A DNA stretch of 61,644 bases, filler included. It is 5 parts of 5 records of this genome, joined end to end, with 100 filler letters (N's around TTAATTAATTAA, not from the genome) between each part and the next. Parts side by side here need not be neighbours in the genome. Positions count along the whole stretch, not along the records: positions 1 to 24,245 come from DRR378314_750; 4 more parts are not named here. The stretch is one strand, 5' to 3'. Below the pieces are notes generated by a model, which saw nothing but the letters and a program-made list of their open reading frames with translations, did no database searches and was not told the origin of the DNA. Positions 1-9,640 of this stretch are shown piece after piece. Numbering within the stretch: position 1 is the stretch's first letter; the number at the start of each line of letters is the position of its first letter. Both the position numbers and the translations under genes were made by a program.

Positions 1-777
1 GCAATGCATGAACAGCGCGTCCGGCTTGGCTTTGGCCATCAGCGCCTCGTTTACCTGATAACCGCGCAGCTGGTTGTGGCGCCGCTCGCGGGCCGATTGC
101 GGATCATGCATCGACACCCATGTGTCAGTGACCACCAGATCAGCGCCCTGCACCGCGATGTCGGGGTTACGCTCGGTTGTATAAAGCCCCTGCAACGCAG
201 GTTCAGGGTCCAGCGGTGTCGGGCCGGTAAAGACCAGTTCGAAATCGAATTGTTTGGCCGCATGAGCAAAGCTGGCAAAAACATTGTTGCCGTCACCGGA
301 CCAGACCACCTTCTTGCCTTTGATCGGGCCGTTATGTTCCTCAAAGGTCATGATATCCGCCATGATCTGGCACGGGTGGCTGCGGTTGGTCAGCCCGTTG
401 ATCACCGGCACGCTGGCGTATTCGGCCATATCCAGCAGAGTTTGTTCCTCAAAGGTGCGGATCATGATCAGATCGACATAGCGCGACAACACGCGGGCGG
501 TATCCGCGATGGTTTCCCCATGGCCAAGTTGCATGTCTGCCCCTGACAGCACCATGGTCTGCCCCCCCATCTGGCGCACCCCCACGTCAAAGCTGACACG
601 GGTACGGGTGGAAGGTTTTTCAAAGATCAGCGCGACCATATGGTCTTTTAGCGGCTGATCATCGTCCGGTGCGCCCTTGGGGCGGCCATGGCGCGCGTTC
701 TTTATGGTGATGGCGGAGTCGATGATCCCGCGCAGGTCGGTTTCGGGGGTCGTGTGAATGTCAAGAAAATGGGTCAT
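1..777 (-). CDS. argF: Ornithine carbamoyltransferase (3' end cut off by window edge)
   Basis: Not in the ORF track. Hand translation from ATG 777: [19 protein letters not shown]...[23 protein letters not shown] (STRT carbamoyl-phosphate motif); ends at DALFMHC, the start of the HCLP motif. Directly downstream of argD. Confidence 0.96.
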   Translation of the reverse strand, partial: MTHFLDIHTTPETDLRGIIDSAITIKNARHGRPKGAPDDDQPLKDHMVALIFEKPSTRTRVSFDVGVRQMGGQTMVLSGADMQLGHGETIADTARVLSRYVDLIMIRTFEEQTLLDMAEYASVPVINGLTNRSHPCQIMADIMTFEEHNGPIKGKKVVWSGDGNNVFASFAHAAKQFDFELVFTGPTPLDPEPALQGLYTTERNPDIAVQGADLVVTDTWVSMHDPQSARERRHNQLRGYQVNEALMAKAKPDALFMHC

Positions 778-844
778 TACGTGCTTTTCAATTGGAATGT
801 GGCACCCGGCGGAGAGTGCGGACAGGATTTAGGGCCAAAAAGAG

Positions 845-2020
845 TCAGGAAGAAGCGAGCTTTGCTGCGGCGGCATCCAGACGGGTGACGGCCTCAGTGA
901 TTTCTTCATCCGTGATGGTCAGCGGCGGCAGCAAGCGCACCACATTATCAGCGGCAGGAACGGTGATCACCTCGTGAGCATAGCCTGCGGTGACCACATC
1001 GCCCGGTGCCACCTTACATTTCAGACCCAGCATCAGGCCGGAGCCCCGAACACCTTCGAAGATATCGGGGGGGCCAGCGACCAGCCCTTCGAGTTTCTGG
1101 CGCATCAGGCTGGCTTTGCGGTTCACCTCTGCCAGAAAGGCCGGATCGCTTACGATATCCATCACCGCACAGCCAACGGCACAGCCCAGGGGGTTGCCGC
1201 CATAGGTGGACCCATGGGTGCCCGCGGTCATGCCGGAGGCGGCATTTTCCGTCGCCAGCACCGCTCCAAGAGGGAAGCCGCCGCCGATACCTTTGGCAAC
1301 CATCATGATATCCGGCGTCACACCAGCCCATTCATGGGCAAACAGCTTGCCGGTACGGCCCACGCCACATTGCACCTCATCAAGGATCAGCAGGATGCCA
1401 TGTTCATCGCAAAGGTCGCGCATGCCTTTCAGGCAAGCGTCAGACAATGGGCGGATGCCGCCCTCGCCTTGCACTGGTTCGACCATAATCGCACAGGTTT
1501 TATCCGTGATGGCTGCGGTTAACGCATCATGATCGCCAAAAGACAGATGCGTGAAGCCACCCAACAGCGGTCCAAAACCTTTGGTCATCTTCTCGGACCC
1601 CGCCGCTGCGATGCCGGCGGCCGAACGGCCATGGAAAGATCCGTCGAAGGTGATGATCTCAACCCGTTCGGGCTGGTCCTTGTCGTAGAAATACTTGCGC
1701 GCCATCTTCACCGCCAGTTCGCAGGCTTCGGTACCGGAATTGGTGAAGAATACCGTGTCGGCAAAAGTATGTTCGACCAGCCGGTCGGCCAGCGCCTGTT
1801 GCTGCGGGATCTGGTACAGGTTCGACGTATGCCAAAGTTGCCCTGCCTGCGTGGTCAGGGCCTCGACCAGCGCCGGATGAGCATGCCCCAGTGCATTCAC
1901 CGCGATACCGGCCCCAAGGTCCAGAAAACGTCGCCCGTCTGCTTCCACAAGCCAAGAGCCGGCACCGGAGACAAAGCTCAGGGGGGCACGGGAATAGGTC
2001 GGCAGAACGGAAGAGATCAT
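845..2020 (-). CDS. argD: Acetylornithine aminotransferase (class III PLP enzyme)
   Basis: Motifs FTNSGTEA, GSFHGR, EPVQGEGG, LILDEVQCGVGRTG, AKGIGGGFP, HGSTYGGNP. Start set at MISSVLPTY (ATG 2020) after an AAGGA SD. Confidence 0.95.
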   Translation of the reverse strand: MISSVLPTYSRAPLSFVSGAGSWLVEADGRRFLDLGAGIAVNALGHAHPALVEALTTQAGQLWHTSNLYQIPQQQALADRLVEHTFADTVFFTNSGTEACELAVKMARKYFYDKDQPERVEIITFDGSFHGRSAAGIAAAGSEKMTKGFGPLLGGFTHLSFGDHDALTAAITDKTCAIMVEPVQGEGGIRPLSDACLKGMRDLCDEHGILLILDEVQCGVGRTGKLFAHEWAGVTPDIMMVAKGIGGGFPLGAVLATENAASGMTAGTHGSTYGGNPLGCAVGCAVMDIVSDPAFLAEVNRKASLMRQKLEGLVAGPPDIFEGVRGSGLMLGLKCKVAPGDVVTAGYAHEVITVPAADNVVRLLPPLTITDEEITEAVTRLDAAAAKLASS

Positions 2021-2168
2021 CTGGATCATCCTTATAAGAGGCCGCTTTAACGCTTTGCCCTGAAAGGGGCAAAAGGCCATGCGCGGCGTGTCGGGTCAAG
2101 TGGGTTTGAGGATGGTGCAAGGCACCGGGATCAGACCTGCGGCATGCAGGCCACGTCAGACAGGGGGG

Positions 2169-2213
2169 TTAGCCTTGGCGTCGTCGAAGCAATATGTGTT
2201 TGCGTGTGATCAT
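2169..2213 (-). CDS. Putative Arg-rich leader peptide MITRKHILLRRRQG upstream of argD-argF
   Basis: ATG ATC ACA CGC AAA CAC ATA TTG CTT CGA CGA CGC CAA GGC TAA; same strand as argD, ending about 150 nt before its start. Confidence 0.65.
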   Translation of the reverse strand: MITRKHILLRRRQG

Positions 2214-2299
2214 AGCGGGTTGATACTGTGCGCCCGTGTTTTTGCATAGCCCCTTTTTACACTCTTGCCGTGTCTTTCTTATGGGCGCATAGCTTGTCC

Positions 2300-3208
2300 A
2301 TGTATCTCGCCAAAGCTCAAAGCAATACCACCGCAGCCACACTGATCACGACCGCAACGGCATTTATTGCCGCCACAATGTTGATTGCCAAGGCCCTCGG
2401 CAGTGACAGTTTCGGCCCGCCACTGCATGCCTTGCAGATCAGCCACGGGCGATTTCTGTTTGCTTTCATCGGGTTGAGCATGGCCGCCACGCTGCTGCGC
2501 CCGCAGTTTGCCCGCCCGCACTGGGGTCTGCATCTGGCACGGACCAGCTGTGGCTGGGCCGGTGTGACGCTGATGTTCGCCTCTGTCGCCTATATTCCAC
2601 TGGCCGATGCCACTGCAATTACCTTTCTCAACCCGGTGTTCGCGATGATCCTTGCAATCCCCTTGCTGGGGGAAAACGTGGGCCGTATCCGTTGGTCGGC
2701 TGCCGCCCTCGCATTTGCCGGGGCCCTGATCCTGTTGCGCCCCACGCCCGCCAGTTTTGATCCTGCGGCTTTGCTGGCCCTGGCAGCGGCGGCGATCATG
2801 GGGCTTGAGCTGATTTTCATCAAAAAACTCGCCGGGCGCGAAAACCCTTTCCAAATTTTGCTGTTCAACAACGGATTGGGCCTGTGCATTGCCAGCATCG
2901 CAGTCCTCGCATTCTGGCAGCCCCCAACGGCTGCGCAATGGGGGCTGCTGATCACCCTTGGCCTCTGTATGGCCACCGCGCAGAGCTTTTTCGTAAACGC
3001 CATGGCCCGCGCAGAAGCCAGCTTTGTCGCGCCGTTCAGCTATGGCACATTGATCTTCGCCGCGCTTTACGATGTGTTGTTTTACAATGTGATACCTGAC
3101 AGCGTGACATATCTGGGGGCTGCCACTATCATCGCCGGGGCGGTCGTCCTGCTGCTGCGCGAAGCGCAGTTGAAACGCCAGGCTGCCAAGGTAGCTGCAA
3201 AGCAATAA
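2300..3208 (+). CDS. DMT/EamA family transporter
   Basis: About 10 hydrophobic segments; motifs IPLADATAITFLNPVF and LLGENVG...RW. Start uncertain. Confidence 0.88.
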   Translation: MYLAKAQSNTTAATLITTATAFIAATMLIAKALGSDSFGPPLHALQISHGRFLFAFIGLSMAATLLRPQFARPHWGLHLARTSCGWAGVTLMFASVAYIPLADATAITFLNPVFAMILAIPLLGENVGRIRWSAAALAFAGALILLRPTPASFDPAALLALAAAAIMGLELIFIKKLAGRENPFQILLFNNGLGLCIASIAVLAFWQPPTAAQWGLLITLGLCMATAQSFFVNAMARAEASFVAPFSYGTLIFAALYDVLFYNVIPDSVTYLGAATIIAGAVVLLLREAQLKRQAAKVAAKQ

Positions 3209-3311
3209 CGGATCGTCCCTTGCACGTGCCCGCTGAAGGTTTAGTATAGGGACTTGAATTTGCTTAGGCGGTCCTCTTGGCGGGACCGCTTTTTGATAAG
3301 AGAGACTTGCA

Positions 3312-3890
3312 ATGTCCTGGACCGATGAGCGCGTTGAAACGCTGAAGAAAATGTGGGGCGAAGGCCAGTCGGCAAGCCAGATCGCCAAGGAGCTTGGCGG
3401 CGTGACGCGCAATGCTGTGATCGGCAAGGTGCATCGTTTGGGCCTGTCCAACCGCGCCACAACCGGCACCGCGGCCAAGCCCGACGCAAAACCCAAGGCC
3501 AAACCGGCCCCCAGAGCCGAGGCAAAGCCCAAGGCCAAGGCCGAAACAAAAGAGCCGGTGATCATGCAGACGGTTGCCGCCGCGCCGCCGAAATCGACGC
3601 TGCCTGCGCGCAAACAGATCATTCCGGCAGGTCAGCCCCTGCCGCCACAGCCATCTGCCAATGAAATCTCGCCAGAGGCATTGGCCAAGGTCAACGAAGT
3701 TGAAAAGAAGGCCAAGAAAATCGGCCTGATGGAATTGACCGAGCGGACCTGCAAATGGCCCGTCGGCGATCCAGCCACTGAAGATTTCTGGTTCTGCGGG
3801 TTGCCTGTGAAACAGGGCAAACCTTATTGCGAGGCCCATGTCGGCGTGGCTTTCCAGCCAATGTCGTCACGGCGTGACCGTCGCCGGTAA
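3312..3890 (+). CDS. gcrA: GcrA cell-cycle transcription regulator
   Basis: MSWTDERVETLKKMWGEGQSASQIAKELGGVTRNAVIGKVHRLGL N-terminus; C-terminal CKWPVGDP...FCG...PYCEAH. Confidence 0.97.
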   Translation: MSWTDERVETLKKMWGEGQSASQIAKELGGVTRNAVIGKVHRLGLSNRATTGTAAKPDAKPKAKPAPRAEAKPKAKAETKEPVIMQTVAAAPPKSTLPARKQIIPAGQPLPPQPSANEISPEALAKVNEVEKKAKKIGLMELTERTCKWPVGDPATEDFWFCGLPVKQGKPYCEAHVGVAFQPMSSRRDRRR

Positions 3891-4018
3891 CAGCTGCCTT
3901 TGTTGGGGGAGCAGTGTGATACCGCTGTCGCCTGTTGCAACAATTCCGACGACAGTTTGAATTGCACAACATATCAAGGCGTGGTTCACCAAGGTCACCC
4001 AGTTGAAAAGGCCTGAAC

Positions 4019-5635
4019 ATGCCCGATACCATCCGCGCCGCTGACGCCCTTGCCCGCCGCCTTTATGCTGCGGGGTGCCGCACCGCCTTTGGCATGCCCG
4101 GCGGTGAAGTTCTGACCGTGATTGATGCGCTTCAGGCGGCGGGCATCCGGTTTATCCTTGCCAAACATGAAAATGCTGCTGGTTTCATGGCCGAGGCAGT
4201 GCATCACCGCGACCACGCCCCGGCGATTCTGGTCGGCACCATTGGGCCGGGCACGTTGAACGGGGTGAACACGGTTGCCAATGCCCTGCAGGATCAGGTG
4301 CCACTGATTGTGATTTCGGGTTGCATGGATGCAGATGAGGCCCAGCGCTACACCCATCAGGTGATCGACCATCAGGCGGTTTTCGCTCCCGTGACCAAGG
4401 CCAGCTTCCGCCTGAATGCCCGTGCGGCCCATACCATTGCAGATAAGGCCGTTGCCATCGCCACCGAGGGGCGGATGGGGCCGGTACATATCGACGTGCC
4501 GATCTCGGTTGCAGAAGCTGCGGTGCCGCAAACCGCGCCGGTGCCGCGCCCGAAAGCATCCCCCGCTGCACCCAGTGGTGCCGATCTTGCTACCGCACGG
4601 GACTGGCTGGAAAATGCGCAACGTCCGGTGATGATTGTCGGTGTGGATGTTCTGAACCAACAGGCGCAGACCGCTGTCATCGAATTCGCCGAAGATCACA
4701 GCATTCCCGTGATCACCACCTATAAGGCCAAGGGGATCCTGCCCGAAGATCACGCCCTGTCTTTGGGGGGCGCCGGCCTGTCGCCGCTGGCGGATACGCA
4801 ACTTCTGCCCTTTGTGCAGGCCGCCGATCTGATCCTTTGTGTCGGCTATGACCCGATTGAAATGCGTCCCGGTTGGCGCGATGTCTGGGATTCAACCCGC
4901 CAGAACGTCATTGATATTTCCGCCGTCCCCAACCACCACTACATGCATCAGGCAACCCTGAACTTTGTCACCGATTGCGCCGCCACATTGCAGGCCCTTA
5001 GCGACGGGCTTGATGTACAGAAGACATGGGATGAAGGCGAAATTTACAAACTAAAACAAGCGTTGAATACCAGCTTCCCCCGCGATGACGACTGGGGGCC
5101 CGCTGCCGTGATCGACACCTGCCGCAAGGTTTTGCCGCGCGATACCATCGCCTCTGTTGACAGTGGGGCGCATCGCATCCTCTTGTCACAAATGTGGGAA
5201 TGTTATGCCCCGCGCGCCTTGATGCAATCCTCGGCACTCTGCACCATGGGCTGTGCTGTGCCGATGGCAATCGGGGCCAAGATTGCCACGCCCGACCGCC
5301 CGGTCGTCTCCTTTTCCGGTGATGCGGGCTTTCTGATGGTTGCGGGCGAATTGGCCACAGCCGCAGAACTGGAGATTGCACCTATTTTTGTCGTCTTTGT
5401 CGATGCCTCGCTTGCTTTGATCGAAAAGAAACAACGTGAACGCCAGCTGAAAAATACCGGCGTTGATTTCGCGCAGCACAACTTTGCCGCCATGGGCGTG
5501 GCCTTTGGTGGGGCCGGTGTCACCGTGCGCAGCCGCAACGCGCTCAAAACCGCTTTGACCACGGCGATGGCAGCCGAAACGTTCACCGTCATCGCCGCAA
5601 TCATCGACCAAGGAGCCTATGATGGCCGCATCTAA
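4019..5635 (+). CDS. Thiamine-diphosphate-dependent enzyme (acetolactate synthase-like fold), substrate unknown
   Basis: FGMPGG, KHENAAGFMA (catalytic Glu), TIGPG..N, GPVHIDVP; ThDP motif variant GDAGFLM...FVDAS. Confidence 0.88.
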   Translation: MPDTIRAADALARRLYAAGCRTAFGMPGGEVLTVIDALQAAGIRFILAKHENAAGFMAEAVHHRDHAPAILVGTIGPGTLNGVNTVANALQDQVPLIVISGCMDADEAQRYTHQVIDHQAVFAPVTKASFRLNARAAHTIADKAVAIATEGRMGPVHIDVPISVAEAAVPQTAPVPRPKASPAAPSGADLATARDWLENAQRPVMIVGVDVLNQQAQTAVIEFAEDHSIPVITTYKAKGILPEDHALSLGGAGLSPLADTQLLPFVQAADLILCVGYDPIEMRPGWRDVWDSTRQNVIDISAVPNHHYMHQATLNFVTDCAATLQALSDGLDVQKTWDEGEIYKLKQALNTSFPRDDDWGPAAVIDTCRKVLPRDTIASVDSGAHRILLSQMWECYAPRALMQSSALCTMGCAVPMAIGAKIATPDRPVVSFSGDAGFLMVAGELATAAELEIAPIFVVFVDASLALIEKKQRERQLKNTGVDFAQHNFAAMGVAFGGAGVTVRSRNALKTALTTAMAAETFTVIAAIIDQGAYDGRI

Positions 5636-6827
5636 AGGGGCCCTGGATGGGCTGTTTGTTCTGGATCTCAGCCGGATTCTGGCCGGTCCTACCTGCACGC
5701 AAATGCTGGGCGATCTAGGCGCGACGGTGATCAAAGTCGAAAACCCAAAGACCGGTGGTGATGACACCCGTGGCTGGGGACCGAACTACGCCCGCAATAC
5801 GGACGGCACCCCCTCTGATCTGTCTGCCTATTTCATGGCCGCCAACCGCAACAAACGCTCTGTCGCGGTGGATATCGCCACCTCTGAGGGGCAACGCATC
5901 CTGCGCCATCTTGCCGCCCGCGCCGATATCGTCGTCGAGAATTTCAAACCCGACGGGCTAAAGAAGTATGGGCTGGATCATGAAACCCTGCTCAAGGCCC
6001 ACCCTGCCCTCGTGTATTGCTCTATCTCCGGTTATGGCCAGACCGGCCCGAACCGCAGCCAGCCGGGATATGATCTGATGGCACAAGGGTTTGGCGGCAT
6101 CATGTCGATCACCGGCGATCCTGAAGGTCCGCCAATGAAGGTTGGCGTGGGCATTTCGGATGTGATGTGCGGCATGTATGCGACCATTGGCGTGCTGGCC
6201 GCCCTGCGCCACCGCGATCAGACCGGTGAAGGCCAGCATATCGATCTGTCGCTGGTAGATTCCTCAATGGCTTGGCTGATCAACGAGGGCACCAATTTCC
6301 TGACCTCTGGCCAACTGCCGGAACGGCGCGGCAATGCACACCCCAATATTGTGCCCTATGACGCCTTTGAATGCAGTGACGGGCATATCTTGCTGGCAGT
6401 GGGCAATGACGCACAATTTGCACGTTATTGTGACGCATTGGGGCTGGCCGACACCGCCGCGGATCCACGATTTACCACCAACCTTGGTCGTATCGAAAAC
6501 CGCGCCGCCTTGATGGTCGTGATACGCCCTGCCATGCAAGCGCTGAGCAAGCAGGATCTGTTGACCCGCTTGCGCAGCGTTTCTGTGCCCTGCGGGCCGA
6601 TCAACACGATTGGTGAGGCCCTGACATCAGAACAGGCACAGGCACGCAGTGCGGTTGTTCACCTCCCACGCCCGGATGTCGACAAGGGGCAGCTGCGCCT
6701 ACTGGGGAATCCGTTGAAACTTTCAGCAACCCCCGTGGCTTACGACCGCGCCCCACCCCGATTTGGGCAAGACACCGCAGAGGTTCTTGAAACATGGGGA
6801 CCGGACAGCGCGGGAAATTGTGATTAA
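5619..6827 (+). CDS. Family III (CaiB/BaiF) CoA-transferase
   Basis: LDLSRILAGP, VIKVE, NRNKRS, VENFKP, SISGYG, active-site-type Asp in GISDVMCG. Overlaps the upstream gene by 17 nt. Confidence 0.93.
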   Translation: MMAASKGALDGLFVLDLSRILAGPTCTQMLGDLGATVIKVENPKTGGDDTRGWGPNYARNTDGTPSDLSAYFMAANRNKRSVAVDIATSEGQRILRHLAARADIVVENFKPDGLKKYGLDHETLLKAHPALVYCSISGYGQTGPNRSQPGYDLMAQGFGGIMSITGDPEGPPMKVGVGISDVMCGMYATIGVLAALRHRDQTGEGQHIDLSLVDSSMAWLINEGTNFLTSGQLPERRGNAHPNIVPYDAFECSDGHILLAVGNDAQFARYCDALGLADTAADPRFTTNLGRIENRAALMVVIRPAMQALSKQDLLTRLRSVSVPCGPINTIGEALTSEQAQARSAVVHLPRPDVDKGQLRLLGNPLKLSATPVAYDRAPPRFGQDTAEVLETWGPDSAGNCD

Positions 6828-6871
6828 CACAGGCTGAGCAGAGCATATTCCGCAGAAATTCGCCGGATCAT

Positions 6872-6937
6872 CCGCGGTTTCGAGATGTATTGACACAATC
6901 GCTCACGAAACCGGGAACCCGCTTCACGTTGGCGTGT
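6872..6937. promoter_or_regulatory. Three copies of an imperfect TCACG-N4-CGTGA palindrome upstream of TPR-opgCGH
   Basis: CCGCG-GTTT-CGAGA 6872-6885, TCACG-AAAC-CGGGA 6903-6916, TCACG-TTGG-CGTGT 6924-6937. Confidence 0.5.
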
Positions 6938-7020
6938 GACTCCAACCATTCCCATTCTTTGAGGGTGCAAACCCGCGTAGATTTGGCCGGACATTGATCG
7001 TTCCTGAAAGGCCTGCGCCC

Positions 7021-8370
7021 ATGAACCATGACATTTGCAACGCACCCGTCACCTTGCAAACCCAACCGGCCCTCGACAGCTGGAACGCCATGATCCGCGC
7101 CTTTCTGGCCCACAAACCTGCCACGCCCTTGCACCTTGGTGCGGTGATCGAGGCGGAACCGCAATGCGCCATGGCCCATGCCGCGCGCGGGTTGTTTTCG
7201 CTGATGATGGGGCGGGCAGAAATGTGGCAAGTGGCCGAGGACGCCCGCGCCGCCGCCCATGCCGCCCGCGCCGAGACAGCGTTGAGCAGCCGCGAGGCAG
7301 GCTGGCTTTCAGCGCTGGACCAATGGCTGGCAGACAGCCCCACGGGCGCAATCGCCGCCCTTGAGCGGATACTTGACGACCTTCCCCAAGACACGCTGAC
7401 GGCCAAGGCCAGCCATGCCATCCGTTTTATCCTTGGGGATGCTAAGGGCATGCGCCGCTCTGTTGAGCGGGTTCTGCCGGCCCATGGACCGGATCATCCT
7501 TTGCGCGGCTATCTGATGGGGTGTCATGCATTCACGCTTGAGGAAACCGGCGCATATGCAGCGGCGGAACTGGCTGGACGTGCGGGGCTGACCTATGCGC
7601 CGGATGATGCATGGGGGCTGCATGCGGTGGCCCATGTGCATGACATGCGTGCCGAGGCAAATGCAGGTATCACCCTGATCGAAAACCACAAATCCGCATG
7701 GGACGGATCCAACAATTTCCGCTATCACGTCTGGTGGCACAAGGCATTGTTGCACATGGACAGAGGGGAGCTTGATGTCGCCCTTGGTCTTTATGACAGC
7801 CAGATCCGTGCCGATAAAACCGACGATTACCGCGACATCTCCAACGCCACATCGCTGCTGCTGCGGTTGGAGCTGGAGGGTGTCGATACCGGTAACCGCT
7901 GGGACGAACTTGCCGTCTTTGCTGAAAACCGCATCGACGACGGCTGTCTGGTCTTTGCTGATTTACATTATCAATTGGCGCTTGCCGGTGCCGCCAACGG
8001 CGAGGCTGCGGCGGCGATGACTGCCCGCTTTGCCCGTGACGCCCGTAAAAACGGCGATATGGCACAGCGGGTGGCGGACCCGGGACTGGCCGCATTGGCC
8101 GGTCTCAACGCCTTTGCCGAAGGGCGATACAGCGATGCCTTTACCCAATTGGCAGATGCCCGCCGAAAAATGCAGACCATCGGCGGAAGTCATGCGCAAC
8201 GCGATGTCTTCGAGCGAATGACCATTGACGCAGGTCTGCGGGCGGGTCATTTCGACGCAGCAGAGCAGGTGTTGCAAGAACGGCTTGCTCTGCGCGCAGG
8301 CCATGAAGACCGGTTTGCCGCTACCCGCTTTGATCAACTTTCACATGCGCGGCGCATTCCCGCGCAATAG
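7021..8370 (+). CDS. Tetratricopeptide repeat protein (TTC38-like)
   Basis: DAWGLHAVAHV, HVWWHKAL and IGGSHAQRDVF motifs typical of the TTC38 family; GAAAGG SD before ATG 7021. Confidence 0.82.
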   Translation: MNHDICNAPVTLQTQPALDSWNAMIRAFLAHKPATPLHLGAVIEAEPQCAMAHAARGLFSLMMGRAEMWQVAEDARAAAHAARAETALSSREAGWLSALDQWLADSPTGAIAALERILDDLPQDTLTAKASHAIRFILGDAKGMRRSVERVLPAHGPDHPLRGYLMGCHAFTLEETGAYAAAELAGRAGLTYAPDDAWGLHAVAHVHDMRAEANAGITLIENHKSAWDGSNNFRYHVWWHKALLHMDRGELDVALGLYDSQIRADKTDDYRDISNATSLLLRLELEGVDTGNRWDELAVFAENRIDDGCLVFADLHYQLALAGAANGEAAAAMTARFARDARKNGDMAQRVADPGLAALAGLNAFAEGRYSDAFTQLADARRKMQTIGGSHAQRDVFERMTIDAGLRAGHFDAAEQVLQERLALRAGHEDRFAATRFDQLSHARRIPAQ

Positions 8371-8389
8371 GTTCGGATATCGCTGCCAG

Positions 8390-9640
8390 ATGACCCTCGC
8401 TGACGTCACTTCTATCTCTTCACCTGCCGCTGCTGCGATGGCAAAATCCGCGCCGCGGGTGCGCGATTTGCGGCTGGATTTCTTTCGCGGTCTGGCGATG
8501 CTCATCATCCTGATCGCCCATACCCCCGGCAATTTCCTGACCTCATGGATTCCCGCGCGCTGGGGTTTTTCCGATGCTACAGAGATCTTCGTGTTCTGTT
8601 CCGGCATGGCAAGCGCCATCGCCTTTGGTGGCGGGTTTGACCGCGCCGGCTGGGTGCTGGGCACTGCCCGCGTGTTGTTCCGCGTCTGGCAGGTCTATTG
8701 GGCCCATGTCTGCCTGTTCTTCGCCACGCTGGCGCTGACCGTTTACCTGACCGATCTGGACATAACCGGGCGCAACTATTGGGGCCAGTTGAACCTCTGG
8801 ATGATCTTTGTCGAAAGCGACAAATGGGAAAACCCGAATATCCTGCTCAGCTTTATGACCCTGCGCTATGTGCCGAATTATTTCGACATCCTGCCGATGT
8901 ATATGATTGTTCTGTTGATGATGCCGCTGGTCATGGCCCTGTCACGCATCGACCTGAGATTGGTCGCCGTCTTTGTCATCGGGGTCTGGCTGATGGCGCA
9001 AACCGCCCTTATGCAAAGCCTTAACCTTGGCGCGTATCACCTTGAATTCCCCGCAGAACCCTGGAGCGATCGCGCTTGGTTCTTCAATCCCTTCGGATGG
9101 CAATTGATTTTCTTCACCGGTTTTGCCTTCATGCGCGGCTGGTTACCCAAGCCACCAGTCACACCCGCTTTGCTCGCGCTTGCGGCCGTTCTGGTAATCG
9201 CCAATGTACCCCTGTCCAACATCGGGGTACGTGAATTTGATCTGGATTGGGCCCGCACATGGCGCAGCACCTATGGTGCCCTGTTTGACAAAAGCGATTT
9301 CGGCATTCTGCGCTATGTGCATTTCCTGTCTCTCGCCTATCTCTTCTGGGTTCTGGCCGGGGATAAGGGCGGCAACCTCTTGGCGTCGGGCAGCAGCGCC
9401 CTTGCCCGTATCTGGGACATCGCGCTGAAGGTCATCCTCAAGGTTGGGCAGCAAAGCCTTGCGGTCTTTATCACCAGCATGTTCATCGCCCGTCTGATGG
9501 GCTTTATGATGGATGTTGCGGGGCGCAGCGTCACCGTAACCTTGCTGGTCAATCTGTTTGGCTTCGCCGTGCTGATCGGTGTGGCCTATGGTGCCGGATG
9601 GTTCAAATCCCAACCCTGGCGCGTGAAGGCAAGCGCATGA
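8390..9640 (+). CDS. opgC: OpgC-family periplasmic glucan modification membrane protein
   Basis: RDLRLDFFRGLA, WGFSDATEIFVFCSG, DILPMY, WFFNPFGWQ, VGQQSLAVF. ATGA overlap with opgG. Confidence 0.9.
   Translation: MTLADVTSISSPAAAAMAKSAPRVRDLRLDFFRGLAMLIILIAHTPGNFLTSWIPARWGFSDATEIFVFCSGMASAIAFGGGFDRAGWVLGTARVLFRVWQVYWAHVCLFFATLALTVYLTDLDITGRNYWGQLNLWMIFVESDKWENPNILLSFMTLRYVPNYFDILPMYMIVLLMMPLVMALSRIDLRLVAVFVIGVWLMAQTALMQSLNLGAYHLEFPAEPWSDRAWFFNPFGWQLIFFTGFAFMRGWLPKPPVTPALLALAAVLVIANVPLSNIGVREFDLDWARTWRSTYGALFDKSDFGILRYVHFLSLAYLFWVLAGDKGGNLLASGSSALARIWDIALKVILKVGQQSLAVFITSMFIARLMGFMMDVAGRSVTVTLLVNLFGFAVLIGVAYGAGWFKSQPWRVKASA

Noticed and set aside
4-546. 180-aa plus-strand ORF
   Set aside because: Antisense to argF, which the track missed because it lacks a stop inside the window.
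6907-6930. EcfG-type promoter (GGAAC...CGTT) upstream of the TPR gene
   Set aside because: Spacing is 8 nt from GGAAC or 15 nt from GAAAC, which does not fit the consensus.
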